From positions 19,902,001-19,966,000 of the forward strand of contig NC_086108.1 in NCBI RefSeq assembly GCF_963921235.1: a DNA stretch of 64,000 nt, in the 5' to 3' direction. The notes under the pieces were generated by a model, which saw nothing but the letters and a program-made list of their open reading frames with translations, did not search any database and was not told where the DNA came from. The number at the start of each line of letters is the position of its first letter. Position 1 is the stretch's first letter. Made by a program: the position numbers and the translations under genes. Source of the stretch: Mobula hypostoma. Taxonomy: Eukaryota. Below, in pieces: positions 1-14,173 of the stretch.

Positions 1-679
1 TAGGGTATATGATATATCGATTACAATATATTGAAATCACATATAGAGTGTAATTACCCCATATCCATATAAAATTAAAATCCATGTAAAATTAAACTTA
101 AACATCATGAGAGATGATTTTATTATACAAAAAAAATCTAAACCCACTACCAGAAAAAAACAGCTGTTAGGTTAAAAAAAAAAGAAAAGGAAGAAATCTT
201 TAACATATAGTAAAACATATTATTAGCCAACATCTGTGCTTAATAGCAAATCAAAGATTTTGAAAATAATTCAAAAAAGGTCCCCACAATGTTAAAAAAC
301 CTTGTCTAGGTTCAGAAATTGAACAGCAAATCTTCTCTAAATTTAAGCATGACGTAACATCATTTAACCAATGAGTAGGAGTAGGCGGGGTGGCATCCTT
401 CCACTTAAGCAACAATGCCCTCCTGGCTATGAGTGAAATAAAGGCCAAAATATGCAGATCATGTGTCTCCAAAATAATATAATTTCCTCCAACAATACCA
501 AATAAGGCAGTCAAAGGATGAGGTTTAAAATTTACTTTTTACCGAAAAAGTTTGAAATACTTCCTTCCAATATTTTTCAAGACTCGGACAAGTCCAAAAC
601 ATATGGATTAATGAAACTTCTCCCTTATTACATCTATCACAAAAGGGAGATATATCCAAATAAAAACGAGACAGCTTAT

Positions 680-2992
680 ATAACCATAGAACCATAGAAA
701 CTACAGCACAGAAACAGGCCTTTTGGCCCTTCTTGGCTGTGCCGAACCATTTTCTGCCTAGTCCCACTGACCTGTACACGGACCATATCCCTCCATACAC
801 CTCCCATCCATGTATCTGTCTAATTTATTCTTAAATGTTAAAAAAGAACCCACATTTACCATCTCGTCTGGCAGCTCATTTCATACTCCCACCACTCTCT
901 GTGTGAAGAAGCCCCCCTAATGTTCCCTTTAAATTTTTCCCCCCTCACCCTTAACCCATGTCCTCTGGTTTTTTTTCTCTCCTTGCCTCAGTGGAAAAAG
1001 CCTGCTTGCATTCACTCTATCTATACCCGTCATAATTTTATATACCTCTATCAAATCTCCCCTCATTCTTCTACACTCCAGGGAATAAAGTCCTAACCTA
1101 TTCAATCTTTCTCTGTAACTGAGTTTCTCAAGTCCCGGCAACAACCTTGTAAACCTTCTCTGTACCTTTTCAACCTTATTTATATCCTTCCTGTAATTTG
1201 GTGACCAAAACTGAACACAATACTCCAGATTTGGCCTCACCAATGCCTTATACAACCTCATCATAACATTCCAGCTCTTATACTCAATACTTCGATTAAT
1301 AAAGGCCAATGTACCAAAAGCTCTCTTTACGACCCTATCTACCTGTGACGCCACTTTTAGGGAATTTTGTATCTGTATTCCCAGATCCCTCTGTTCCACT
1401 GCACTCCTCAATGCCTTACCATTAACCCTGTATGTTCTACCTTGGTTTGTCCTTCCAACGTGCAATACCTCACACTTGTCTGCATTAAACTCCATCTGCC
1501 ATTTTTCAGCCCATTTTTCCAGCTGGTCCAAAGCCCTCTGCAGGCTCTGAAAACCTTCCTCGCTGTCTACTACACCTCCAATCTTTGTATCATCAGCAAA
1601 TTTGCTGATCCAATTTACCAAATTATCATCCAGATCATTGATATAGATGACAAATAACAATGGACCCAGCACTGATCCCTGTGGCACACCACTAGTCACA
1701 GGCCTCCACTAGGAGAAGCAATTCTCTACTACCACTCTTTGGCTTCTTCCATTGAGCCAATGTCTGATCCAATTTACCACCTCTCCATGTATACCTAGTG
1801 ACTGAATTTTCCTAACTAACCTCCCATGGGGGACCTTGTCAAAGGCCTTACTGAAGTCCATGCAGACAATATCCACTGCCTTCCCTTCATCCACTTTCCT
1901 GGTAACCTCCTCAAAAAACTCCAATAGATTGGTCAAACATGACCTGCCACGCACAAAGCCATGTTGACTCTCCCTAATAAGTCCCTGTCTATCCAAATGC
2001 TTGTAGATTCTGTCTCTTAGTACTCCCTCCAATAACTTACCTACTACCGACGTTAAATTTACTGGCCTATAATTTCCCAGATTACTTTTCGATCCTTTTT
2101 TAAACAACGGAACAACATGAGCCACTCTCCAATCTTCCGGCACCTCACCTGTAGGCAGCGACATTTTAAATATTTCTGCCAGGGCCCCTGCAATTTCAAC
2201 AGCAGTCTCCTTCAAGGTCTGAGGGAACACCCTGTCAGGTCCTGGGGATTTATCCACTTTAATTTTCCTCAAGACAGCAAGGACCTCTTCCTTTTCGATC
2301 TGTACAGTTTCCATGATCTCACTACTTGTTTCCCCTAATTCCATAGACTTCATGCCAGTTTCCTTAGTAAATACAGACGCAAAAAACCTATTTAAGATCT
2401 CCCCCATTTCCTTTGGTTCCGCACATAGGCGACCACTCTGATCTTCAAGAGGACCAATTTTATCCCTTACAATCTTTTTGCTCTTAACATACCTGTAAAA
2501 GCTCTTTGGATTATCCTTCACTTTGACTGCCAATGCAACCTCATGTCTTCTTTTAGCACTCCTGATTTCCTTCTTAAGTATTTTCTTGCACTTCTTATAC
2601 TCCTCAAGCACCTTATTTACTCCCTGCTTCCTATACATGTCATACAACTCCCTCTTCTTCTTCATCAGAGTTGCAATATCCCTTGAGAACCAAGGTTCCT
2701 TATTCCTATTCACTTTGCCTTTAATCCTGACAGGAACATACAAATTCTGTACTCTCAAAATTTCTCCTTTGAAGGCTTCCCACCTACCGATCACATCCTT
2801 GCCAGAGAACAACCTGTCCCAATCCACGCCTTTTAGATCCTTTCTCATTTCTTCAAATTTGGCCTTCTTCCAGTTAAGAACCTCAACCCTAGGACCAGAT
2901 CTATCCTTGTCCATGATCAAGTTGAAACTAATGGTGTTATGATCACTGGAACCAAAGTGCTCCCCTACACAGACTTCCGTCACTTGTCCTAA
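680..2992 (-). mobile_element. 5'-truncated CR1 LINE (RT region) inserted into L1 ORF2
   Basis: [33 protein letters not shown] and KFADD motifs. One in-frame TAG at 1709-1711. (TTCTATGG)n-like tail at ~682-700. CTTAT is duplicated at 675-679 and 2993-2997. Confidence 0.95.
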
Positions 2993-5900
2993 CTTATCTT
3001 TAGACATATGGGCTCTATGAACCACTTTAAATTGTAGAAGGGAATGACGGGCCCATAAATACGAGGTATTAACCAATTTAAAAATTTCATTCCAAGTGTC
3101 CTCAGAAATTGAAATCTGTAAATCTTATTCCCAAAGATTTTAATTTTATCTAAAGGAATATTTCTCATTCCCAACAACATACCATAAATATTAGATATAG
3201 ATGCATTATGGAAGGTTTTCAAATTAAAAATTATTTCAAGTAAATTTTTTATCTGGACTTTTAGGAAATGTATGTACTTGATAATGCAAAAAGTCTCTAA
3301 TTTGTAAATATCGAAAAAAGCGAGTTCTCAGTAGGCTATTGTTCAAAATGAAGAGAGACTATCTCCAACAAACAAATATAAAAACATTTACTACCCAATC
3401 TATTCCACTCTTTAAAATCTACATCAGACATAAAAAGGTTTTAAAAAAAGTTAGAAAAAAATGGGACTGGAAAGTGAAAAACTCAATAAACCAAAATATT
3501 TTCTAAATTGTACCCAAATCCTCAAAGTGTGTTTAACTTCAAAATTATCAGTTAAATTACCTAAAGATAAAGGAATTGAGGATCCGAGAAGAGAAATGAT
3601 AGAGAATTTATTAACAGAGTTAGATTCTAAAGAAACCCAGACTGGACAGTCCTTTCGATTAGTATAATATAACCAAAACGTAAGATTCGGTATATTGACT
3701 GCCCAGTAATAAAACCTAAAATTGAGCAAGTCTAAACCTCCATTCTTTTTAGCTTTTTGAAGATGAACTTTATTTAATCGAGTAATTCTATTTTTCCAAA
3801 TGTAAGAAGATATAATAGAATCCAAAGAATCAAAAAAGGAATAAAAACAGGTATGACCTGAAATAAATATAAAAATTTAGGCAAAATATTCATTTTAATG
3901 GAATTGATTCGGCCAATCAATGATAAAGAGAGGGGCAACCAATTTGAAAGTGCCTTCTTAACATAATTCAGGAGTGTAAAAAAATTTCTTTGAAAGGTAA
4001 TTTATAATTCCTAGTAATTGTTACGCCCAAATGAGTAAATTGATTTCTTACAATTTTAAAAGGAAAGTTAGTATTAACTAATACCAAATTATTCAAAGGA
4101 AAAAGTTCACTCTTATGAGTTAAGTTTATATCCTGAAAACTGACTAAAGCAGGAGAGTAAAAAAAGTAGAGAAGGTAAAGAAGACACCACATTAGAAGTG
4201 TAGAACAAAAGGTCATCAGCATAAAGCGAAACTTTGTGGGTAATACCCCTCCTTAAAATACCAGTGATATCATTAGATTCTGGGAAAGCAATAGCTAAAG
4301 CTTCTAAGACCAAATCAAAAAGCAAAGGACTCAAAGGACAACCTTATCTAGTTCTACGATGAAGTTTAAATGGTTTAGAGTACTGAGAGTTAGTAAGAAC
4401 CTGAGCGGAGGGAGATAAGTAAAGTAATTTAATCTATTGAATAAAATCAGGCCCGAAGTTAAGTTTTTCTAAAGTTTTAAATAAATAATTCCAGTCAACC
4501 TGATCAAAGGCTTTCTCAGCATCTAAGGATATTACACATTCTGAAATCTCTTTAAAGGAGAATAAATAACATTCAATAAACGATGAATATTAAAGTGGAA
4601 GTATCGAATTTTGATAAATCCAGTCTGATCATCAGAGATAATAGATGGCAAAATATTTTCAATCCTACGAGCCAAAAGTTTAGATAAAATTTTAGTATCA
4701 ACATTAAGTAAGGAAATAGATCTATAAGAAGAGCATTAAATTGGGTCCTTATTCTTTTTAAGAATAAGCAAAATAGAGGCTTCATAAAAAGATTGTGGCA
4801 ACTTACCTAATTTAAAAGAGTCGGAAAGGACTGAATATAAATGAGGTATAAGCAAAGAGGGGAAAAAAGCCTTATAAAACTCTCCAGAAAATCCTTCAGG
4901 ACCCGGAGCCTTCCCCGAGTGCAAAGAGTGAACAACCCCAGCAATTTCCTCAAAGAAAATAGGTTGATCCAACAATTTTCGAATATCATCAGAAAGTGTA
5001 GGAATGTTTAATCAATCTAAAAATTATTCATTAGAGTAAAATTATTCTTTAGGAGGATCAGAACTATAAAGTTTAGAGTAGAATTCTCTAAAAGCATTGT
5101 TTATTTCTAAATGATCGGATGTTTTATCACCATTAGCTTTACAAATTTCTTTAAGTTGATGTTTAACTATAAAGATGTTTAACTGGTTTGCTAATAGTTT
5201 ACCCGTTTTATCTCCATGAATATAAAACTGACTTTTATCTTTTAAAAGTTGCATTTGAATTGGGTAAGTTAAGAGCAGATCGTATTTAGTTTCAATTTCA
5301 ACACTTCTTTTATATAAAACAGGATCTGGAGTCAAAGCATGTTTTTGGTCTAATTGTTTCAACTGATTGGCTAATTCAATTCTCCCCTTATTAGCTTTTT
5401 TCTTAACACTTGCGGTAAAAGAAATAATTTGACCTCTAATAACAGCCTTAAAAGCATCCCATAAAATAAGACTAGAAGTCTCTTCCAGGGTATTCTCTTC
5501 AAAAAAAAAATCTGTCTCTCCAAAAATTTTTTTAAATCTTTATCTGATAACAAAGTTGGATTAAAACGCTAGAATCTGTTTATTTGGGAGATACCCGGAA
5601 GATTTAAAGATAAAAACACAGCAGCATGATCTGAAACAGCAATTTCTTTATATTCACAGGATCAAACTAATGGAATCAATTGGCTATCAACAAAAAAATA
5701 ATCAATCCTGGAATACGCATGATGAACATGAGAAAAAAATGAGTACTCTTTATCTGTTGGATGCAAAAAACGCCAAATATCCACAATATCACATTTCATT
5801 AGAAAAGATTAGATAAAGGAGGCAGATCTACTACAAGTCAATCATTTAGAAGAAGAACAATCAAAAACAGGATCTAAACAACAGTTGAAGTCTCCTCCTA

Positions 5901-6909
5901 AAACCAAAGAATATAAACTTAATTCTGGTAAAAGTGAAAAAAAATGTTCAGAAGAGCCTGGATCATCTATATTCGGGGCATACAAATTAGCAAAAACCAT
6001 TAATTTATAATCTAATTTCCCTGAGACTATAACAAAATGCCCATTGCTATCAGACACTACATTATGTTGAACGAAAGAAACTGAATTGTCTATAAGAATC
6101 GAAACTCCTCTTGCCTTAGCCTGAAAGGAGGTATGGAAAGATAAATCCTTCCAACAGCTGAAAAGACGTAAATTATCACATTTACGAACATGTGTTTCTT
6201 GTATAAGAATAATTGAGACATTCAATTTCTTAATATAATTAAATATCTTATTACGTTTCACAGGATGGTTTAATCCTTTCACATTGAAAACTAAGTAAAT
6301 TAAAAATATGGTCCATTTTAAATATTGCTTAAAGGAAATGTTTTAATAAAAACTGCTGGAATATATTAAATCCACACAATGAGTTTTAAGAAAAAGTAAC
6401 CAAGCAACAAATGAAGCTATGAGAGCCAAACAGCTGATAGAAAAGAAGAAAACCACCCCAACCCCCACCCAAACAGAGAAAATCGACCAAAGGGCAGTCG
6501 CCAGCTAATCCTACCATTCCCTCTCAAAACAATCTACTGGCTGAGCTCCAAAAAAAAAAATTCAAGGCAAAATTGCATTCCAACAAGACACAACAAAAAA
6601 CAGAGCAAAATTAAACATATTTTATAAACCTCATAAAAAATTATAGTATAAAATATTAGAAAGAAATATGAAAGTTCAAAACATATTAATTTAGAAAGTA
6701 TTAACTCAAAGAAAACTTACTAATACTAAATCCTTAATTTTCTAAACAAGGAAATAAAAGTACAAAAAAATTAGATACGTAGGTATACCAAAAGTTAAAA
6801 AAAACAATTGTTCATAAAAGAAAGTAATGAACAGTTAGACTGCTGATTCTAAAAAAGAGGATCCATCAGGCAGATGCAACATAAATTTGTGTAAAGAGTT
6901 ATTGGACAG

Positions 6910-7722
6910 TTAAACTTCTGAAATTGATTTGGCACTCAAGAAATCCTGCACCTCTTGAGTCAAACGGAACCATCTTTGAGAGCCAGTTTTCAAAATGATT
7001 CTAAGACGAGTGGGGTGATGAAGAGAGGGTTTAAAACCTTTATTATACAGCTCAGACAAGACTTTTTTAAACTTGAAATGTTCATTAAACACCTTGGGTG
7101 AAAAATCTTCCACAATTCTGAACTTCTGGTCCTCATAATCAATCATACCTTTCCGACAAGATTCACAAATTAAAAGTTCCTTTGTTTGAAAGTCGTGAGG
7201 ACAAATTATCATTGAACAGAGTCGTCCTTCCAGGGGAGGTCTCAGTACAGGCAACCTGTGAGCTCGGTCTATTTTAGGTGGAGATTTTAAAATATTCGGA
7301 AATAAATTAGCCAACAGGTTTGCAAAAAATTCCGAAGGCTGATTGCCTTCCAATGACTCTTTAAAACCCAGAATACGTAGATTATTTCTTCTGATTCTAT
7401 TTTCTAAGTCGATAATCTTCTGCCTTAATGTTTCATTAACCTTTAACTGTTTATCACAGATCTGTTCCAGGTCGTCAATCTTCGTGTTGAACGTCGTCAA
7501 AGTGTCTTTATTCTCTTTTATCTGTTTATCGTGTTCACTTAAAGTTTTTTTAATAGACTCCAATTTTTCATCCATCTGTTTAAATTCAGAGCTGAGTTGC
7601 TGGAAGTCCTCCGAAAGTTCATTTTTATGCTTCTGAAGTGTCACCATAATAGATTCCAAAGTTACAAGAGGGTCCTCTTTTTTAGTAGCTTTAGCACGAC
7701 TCATCATAAAGCAATATTGCAT
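6910..7722 (-). CDS. L1-type ORF1p (coiled coil + RRM + CTD, Transposase_22-like), 270 aa
   Basis: Heptad-rich N-terminus, then LENRIRRNNLRILG, IDRAHR and RIVEDFS motifs. Confidence 0.88.
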   Translation of the reverse strand: MQYCFMMSRAKATKKEDPLVTLESIMVTLQKHKNELSEDFQQLSSEFKQMDEKLESIKKTLSEHDKQIKENKDTLTTFNTKIDDLEQICDKQLKVNETLRQKIIDLENRIRRNNLRILGFKESLEGNQPSEFFANLLANLFPNILKSPPKIDRAHRLPVLRPPLEGRLCSMIICPHDFQTKELLICESCRKGMIDYEDQKFRIVEDFSPKVFNEHFKFKKVLSELYNKGFKPSLHHPTRLRIILKTGSQRWFRLTQEVQDFLSAKSISEV

Positions 7723-7849
7723 TTAAAGGTAAGTTTTCAAAACAAGTTGGAAGCAGTAAATTAGAAAGAGTAGAAGCACCTATAAAAGCGCTGCTACTCC
7801 ATCAACGGCCAGTAGCATCTGCCGGGAATTATGATTAACAAAAATAATT

Positions 7850-9965
7850 AAAGATTTGATCATAAATAAGAAGAATTAGTATGTCAGGTGTAGCCATTTG
7901 GTAGCCTGTGAGTCTGGTGAGGATTATAGGGGATGTAATAGCGAACCTAAGAAGAAAATTAAGAGGGCAAAAAGAGAACCAAAGAGGACTAAAGAGAACT
8001 CCAAAAGTTTTTGTTTGTGTATATTAGAAGCAAGAGAGCAGTCCCTTCACAGGTAAACAGAAATCTATTTGTGAAATTGGAACATGAGTGGGCTCCTAAG
8101 TGAAACTTCTCATTGATAATCATCAAGGAGGAGGATGGAGAATTATGGAAGGGGACATGTTTGTGTGCAGAAGGAGGAAGTGTTCGATATGTTGGCACAA
8201 ATTAAGGTGGATAAATCCTCAGGGACTGACAGTTTTTCCTAAGGGAAACAACAGACAAGATTGTTGGGACTCAGATTTTTATATCTTCATCGTACTAGAA
8301 GAGCAGAGGATAGCTAATGTTGTTCCTTTATTCGGAAAGGGCAGTAGGGGATAATCCAGGGAACTGCTGAGCCTTATATCAATAGGAGGGAAATTACTGG
8401 TAAAAAGTAAAAGGACAAAGGACAGGATCATGTTGATTCCTCTTCATCAATCCTTGCTTTTCCAGGTGAACTTGATATTGTGTAGAGAAATATCATCTCA
8501 CAAATATTTGTATTTTGAGGATGTATTTAAGAAAATTGATGAAGACCAAGTGGTAGACTTAGCTTACATGCCCCTTAGATAGGCTTTTGACAAAGTTCTG
8601 CAATGTAAGCTGATTCACATGTTTAAGGGAAATGTGTTGGCTTGGGTAATAGAAGGCAGAGGATAGTACGCAGGTGGGTGCTTTTCTGACTGGAACCCTG
8701 CAACCAGTGGTGTACTGCAGGGATTGATGCCAGGACCTTGGTTGTTAAACAAATGAATTGTATGAGAATATGATATAATAGGTTACTGACAACGTGAAGA
8801 CTGGTTGAATTGTAGACAGTAAAGTTTGTAAAAGGATAGAATGGGACATAAATCAGTTGGTAAACTGGAAGCAGTGGTAGAAGTAATTTAGACAAGCATG
8901 AGGTAATGCATTTTGGAATATTATGTGACAAATAGTAAATGACAGGAGCTTAAAGAATATTAGTGTACAGGGGAACATGGGGGGGGGGAGGTACAAGTTC
9001 ATAGCTCCATGAAAATGGCGACACAGGTAAATAGGGTTGTGAGAAGGTATTCATCACACTTTATTCCACAGGCTGAGGTACTGAGTATAAGAGCTGAGGC
9101 ATACAAGAGTTGCTCAGGCCACGCTTGTTGTACTGTGTACAAATCTGATTGCCATGTTATTAAAAAGCACATATAAGATATTCACCAGGACATTGCCTGG
9201 AGGACTTCCCATATAAAGAGAGATTGGAAAGGCTGTGTTTATTCTCACTGTAATGTAAGTGACTAAGGGTGACTTTATAAAGGTTTATAATGCTGTGAGG
9301 GGCATAAAAAAGGTAGAATCTTTTTTTAGGGTGGTGGAATGTAGGGCTAAGTTTGATATGATTTGGGTTAATTGCAAAGATTCAATTTAATGTCAGAGAA
9401 ATGTATACAATATACATCCTGAAATGCTTTTTCGTCGCAAAACATCCACGAAAACAGAGAAGTGCCCCAAGGAATGAACGACAGTTAAACGTGAGAACCC
9501 CAAAGTCCCCCCAGCTCCCCCCTCCCGCACGTAAGTGGCAGGAAGCAACAATCCCCCCCTCACCCCACCGGCAAAAAAGTGCACCCGCCACTGAGCACAA
9601 GAGTGAGCTAGGCAATAGCAAAGACACAGACCTTGCAGTTACCCCAAAAACTATCGCATTTCATCTGGCACTCGGCAACTCACAGGTTCTATCTTTCCCT
9701 AATAAGGGAGAGAGAGGTGTCCCCCATTTTCACAGCGAGTGGGAGGCATAACAATAACCCACTGGTTTATGAAATCTGAGAGGCAATTTTTTCACACAGG
9801 ATTGTGGTTGTGCGTATGAGCTGAAAGAGGAAGTGGTGGCAAGGGATTTAAAAGGCATTTGGACAGGTACTTAGATAGGCAAATAAACAGATTATGGGCA
9901 TCAGTGGAGCATTTTAGTTGGCATGGACTGATAAGCTGAGGCCCATCACTGTGCTGTACAACTCT
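7850..9965 (+). mobile_element. Old, heavily degraded CR1 LINE interrupted by a younger element at ~9375-9770
   Basis: Degenerate CR1 motifs (ggataaatcctcagggactga, gctaatgttgttccttta, aggcttttgacaaagtt) and a CR1-type 3' end near 9900-9965. Confidence 0.75.
9375..9770 (-). mobile_element. Short non-autonomous retroposon (SINE-like) with a LINE-type 3' tail
   Basis: Block is more CpG-rich than its flanks, splits the CR1 sequence, and ends in ...catttctctgacattaaattgaa on the minus strand. Confidence 0.55.
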
Positions 9966-10433
9966 ACAATATACAGAGTGAAGAAACAGTATGAGAATTG
10001 GTTACCACAAGCCAGATTCAACACTCTTTATCTTGGAGAATGGAAATGAACAGCCAAAATGGAAATCTACAACCAAAAGGGAAATAATGGAATTATCTCC
10101 CTAAAACCTTTCACAGTCTCTTCATTTTTTGAAGGAATAATATAGTGGAGTAGATAACCAAACACCACTACAGAGTTAGGGAGAAACAAAGAAATGAGAA
10201 AAGTTCTATACTTACAAATTCCTCTTCTAACTTAATGTATTGTATATGATTGTATAAAACTAAGGAATTCTAAAGGTTCAGATTTTCCTTTGCGCAAACA
10301 CTACTATTGGACAGATATCCAAAACTTGCTTATTTTAGAACAGAACCAGAAACTCCCTTTTGTTTAAGCTTTTCTTAACATAACTCGTACATCATTATTG
10401 AAATCAATATAAAGTGTTAATGCCATTTCTTAC

Positions 10434-10601
10434 CTGCCCAATCTAGAAACTCTACACAATTGGCAATTGAATATCGCTTAGCTATATCTTGTGCTTTTTC
10501 ATCTCTGAAGTTGATTGTTTGAACATTAGCTCCAAGGCTCACCAAAGCTTTTAGGCTCTCCAGCTTCCCCCATGCAGCAGCACAATGTAAAGGAGTATAT
10601 C
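10434..10601 (-). CDS. ANKRD45: ANKRD45 coding exon (ankyrin repeat), 168 bp, phase 1 to 1
   Basis: Encodes GYTPLHCAAAWGKLESLKALV...INFRDEKAQDIAKRYSIANCVEFLDWA, which matches vertebrate ANKRD45 as I recall it. Acceptor ttcacAG at 10603-10602; donor GTAAGA at 10433. Confidence 0.93.
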
Positions 10602-11249
10602 CTGTGAACATGAAACAAAATTGAAATCAGTGGAATTACTTGACAAACCAGGGAACAATTAACTTTTCAGATTGAAAAGCTTTTATTGGGATAATTATGT
10701 TGTCACATACCGTTTAGCTAGGTCTTCTAATATAAAGAAGCAAGCTACAACAAATTCAGAATGGATCACATTATTAAGATTTATTATTTTACTTGCAAGG
10801 AGTGGTATAGTTCTAGCCAAGTTTTGCACGGAAATATAGCTCCAATCCTCTGTTTCAACCAAAGTACTTTTATATGATTTTTGAATACAAACAAGTTATT
10901 CATTCCATAACATTACATCCTTCTTATCTTTATCCTTATCTTGTTCTAACATTTGATCCTTAGAAGCTTCATCCCGTTTTCCTTGTTGTCAAAACAACTC
11001 CTCTGGCCATAAAACAATTTGCCTGACATAAAAGAAAATAGCTTGCTCACAGATAACACAAACATACTTGTAAGTTTTCCCATGCAAATCAGCAAAGTAC
11101 TTTGGGATTTCTTAGACTCCATCTTGTTCACATTATGTTTTATAAAAGCAAAATCATAAAGACTTCAGGGTTACAGATATATTTCCACAGTTGAAAGGTC
11201 ATTGATCTAAGCTTAATTCCTCTAACACATGTGCTGTCAGATCACCTGA

Positions 11250-12125
11250 TTACTTCAAACCTGAATATGGCATTGTGGAGTTCTGCTTAGCCACACTGTC
11301 ATAAGGGTAAAGTGAGTAGAGCAGGGGCCTAAGCATACACCCTTGTGCTGTTGGAGATTGTGGAGGAGATGTTGTTGCTAATCTGAACTGAAGAGGGTTT
11401 GCAAGTGAGGACATCGAGGATCCAATTGCACAAGGGAATATTGAGGCCAAGATCTTGAAGCTTATTGATTAGTTTTGAGGGGATAATGGTATTGAATGCC
11501 GAGCTATAGTTGATAAAGAGCATCTTGATATATGCATCTTTGCTGTCCAGATGTCCGAGAGTTGAGTGAAGAGCCAATGAGATGGCTTCTGCTATGGACC
11601 TGTTGCTCTGGTAGGCAAAATGGAGTTGATGCAATTCGCTTCTCACCCAGGAGTTGAAATGTTTCATTATCAACCTCTCAAAACACTTCATCACTGCGAA
11701 TGTAAGTGCTTCTGGCCAATAGTCATTGAGGCAGATTTCCACGTTCTTCTCAGGCAAGTTACAAAAATAACTAAATAAATAATGCAAAAGGAAAATGAGG
11801 TAGTATTCATGGATTTTTCAGAAATCTGATGCTGTGGTGGGGAAACTATTTCTAAAAAGTTGATTGTGGCCCAATGGTATTAATGAGAAAATGACACTTC
11901 CTGGATGTCGAGGGTCCTTAATGATGGACACCAAATTCTTGAGGCACTACCTTTTGAAGATATATTTGATACCGGGGAGAGTTGTGCTGGCCAAGTCTAT
12001 AACCCCCTGAAGCTTCTTTTGATCCTGCATATTGGAATCTCCATACCAAGCTATGACTCAACCAATCAGAATGGTATCCACAGTACATCAGTAGAAATTT
12101 GTTAAGAGTCTTTGGTGACAGACAC
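11250..12125 (-). mobile_element. Rex1/Babar-like LINE fragments (RT region 11250-11750; 3' end of another copy 11750-12125)
   Basis: [37 protein letters not shown] and LCNWILD motifs. Confidence 0.82.
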
Positions 12126-12256
12126 AGAAAAGGTTTAGAGGGATAAACACCAAGTGTGGGGAAATGGGACTAGCTCATGTGAACAAATGTATCACATACT
12201 ACGACATTACTGCATATAAAACTGGGTCTGTAGTACTGACTTCAAACTTTTTAAAT

Positions 12257-13310
12257 TCATAAGACCATAAGAAATAGGAACAAAGTTATGCTATTCACCC
12301 CTATCAAGACTGTTCCACTATTCAATTGTGGCTGATTTATGATGCCTTTACTAATCAGAAATCTATCAACTTCCATTTTAAATATATCCAATAACTTGGC
12401 CTTCACAGTTGTCTGTGGCAATGAATTCCACAGATTCAGCACCTTCTGAATAAATACATTACTTGTCGTCTCTGTTCTAAAGGGACATCTATTCTGAGGC
12501 TGTGCCGTCTGGTCCTAGACTGTTCCACTGTTGGAAACATCCTTTCTATGTCCACTCTATTTCAACATTTGGTAGGTTTCAATGAGATCCCCATCATTCT
12601 TCTAAACTCCAGCAAATACAGCCCCAGAGCAACTCATACATTAACTCTTTCATTCCCAGGACAATTCTTGTAAACTACGTCTGGTGCCAGCACATCCTTT
12701 CTTAGATATGAAGTTCAAAACTGCTCACAAATGTGGTCTGACCAATGCATTATAAAGCCCCAGCATTACATCCTTACTTTTATATTCTAGTCCTCTCAAA
12801 ACAAATACTAACATTATATTTGCCTTCCTTACTACCAACTCAAGTTGCAAATTAACCTTCAGGGAATCCAGCGCAAGGACTTTCAAGTCCCTTCGCACCT
12901 CTAATTTTTGAATTTGCCCCTATTTAGAAAATAGTCTATGCCTTTATTCCTTCTACCAAAGGGAATAGCCATACACTTCCCTACATTATATTACATCTGC
13001 CACTTCTTTGCCCATTCTCCTAATCCAAGTCCTTCCGCAGACTCCCTGTTTCCTCAGCACTACCTGCCCTTCCAACTATCTTTGTATTGTCTGCCAACTT
13101 GGCCATAAAGCCACCCAGATCATGAGCGTATAACATGAAAAGGAGATGAACCAATACCAACCCCTACAGAACACCAGTAATCACTGGCAGCCAGGAAAGG
13201 CCCCCTGTTTCCATTCTTTGCCCCTGCCAGTCGGCCAACCTTCTGTCCATGCTAGTACCTTTCCTGTAATATACACAGACTCTTGTGTTGTTTAGCAAAC
13301 TCATATGTGG
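12257..13310 (-). mobile_element. Degraded CR1 3' fragment
   Basis: NLWNSLPQ motif, CR1 3' UTR and (CTTATGG)-like tail at ~12260. Confidence 0.82.
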
Positions 13311-13872
13311 AATTCAAATTATCAATTTGCCATGAAATACAATGGACTGGCACACAGCCTTGAAGAATTCCACTCCGCACAGCCTACAAGTCACTAAAGG
13401 TCTCAAATTTTTTTTTTCTGTTGCTGAGCCAATTTTCAGTCCAACTTGTCAGCTTCCTCTGAAAAATACTCTGTTAAAACAAAAGAAGCCTATGTAAGCC
13501 TACATAGAGGCCTATGACTAACAGAACCCTAGGTAATTAAGATAAACAGTATGTGTCACAAGTTAGTAACATATGTTGATGTGTTCATCCTATATTTATT
13601 CCACAGTGCCTCTCTGTGCTGAAGAATACACAAACTATAGTTTAAATCTTGCTGTCTGGGCTTGTGCTTATTAATCTTGCCAGTCTGAACTTTTATCTTC
13701 ACGGTGTCATCCAGAAAATGTGTGTGTGTATGTACGTATGTTACGTTATTGCACAAAATATTTTCATAATGTTTGCCAACCTCATTTGTATGCATCTTAA
13801 TTAGAGAAATAGAAGATTAAAGAAATAGCCACTACTAGTATTGAAAAATCAACAAATAGTGTTGCCAAGTAC

Positions 13873-14173
13873 CTCTGTTAGTTTGCTCATTCACATTTGC
13901 TCCTTGTGACACCAACTCTTGAATAACTTCACAGTGACCCAGGATGGCAGCTGCAAAGACAGCATTTCTGCCAAAGTCATCATGTATATTTAACAATTCA
14001 TTACTTTTTTCATGGCTTGGTTCATTTACAAAACACCTGCGTAAGTTCTCAGCATCTCCTGTAAGCACACTGTTAAGAAAGTTGTTCCTGTTTTCTAGCT
14101 CAAGATCTTCAATATTTGCTGAATCATCATTTGAGTTAATCGCTTCTTTTTTATTTTCACCATCTTGATCCAT
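13873..14173 (-). CDS. ANKRD45: ANKRD45 first coding exon (ATG at 14173; exon starts 14176), ends phase 1
   Basis: Acidic N-terminus, then ankyrin repeat DDFGRNAVFAAAILGHCEVIQELVSQGANVNEQTNRG. Acceptor AG at 14178-14177; donor GTACTT at 13872. 301 nt splices in frame to the exon at 10601. Confidence 0.9.

Larger units (their letters stand above)
1..7820 (-). mobile_element. Degraded near-full-length L1/Tx1-like LINE (ORF1 plus frameshifted ORF2), interrupted by a CR1 at 680-2992; 3' end runs off the window
   Basis: ORF2 fragments are colinear: APE endonuclease (QETH, NLYAPN, GGDFN, 5842-6282), KAPGPEG (4736-4975), RT YADD (4113-4334), GGLDLLNF (3451-3825), C-terminal CDRC..H....C knuckle (525-660) and LLLKWK (251-514). 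Confidence 0.93.

Noticed and set aside
1709..3076. 455-aa ORF as a single novel protein
   Set aside because: It is a chance in-frame chimera: the first ~28 aa are L1 ORF2 and the rest is the inserted CR1.
10946..11131. Small intronic ORFs as extra ANKRD45 exons or a nested gene (also 13556-13795, 33191-33469)
   Set aside because: The flanking exons already splice in frame into a continuous ankyrin sequence, and these ORFs show no recognisable homology.
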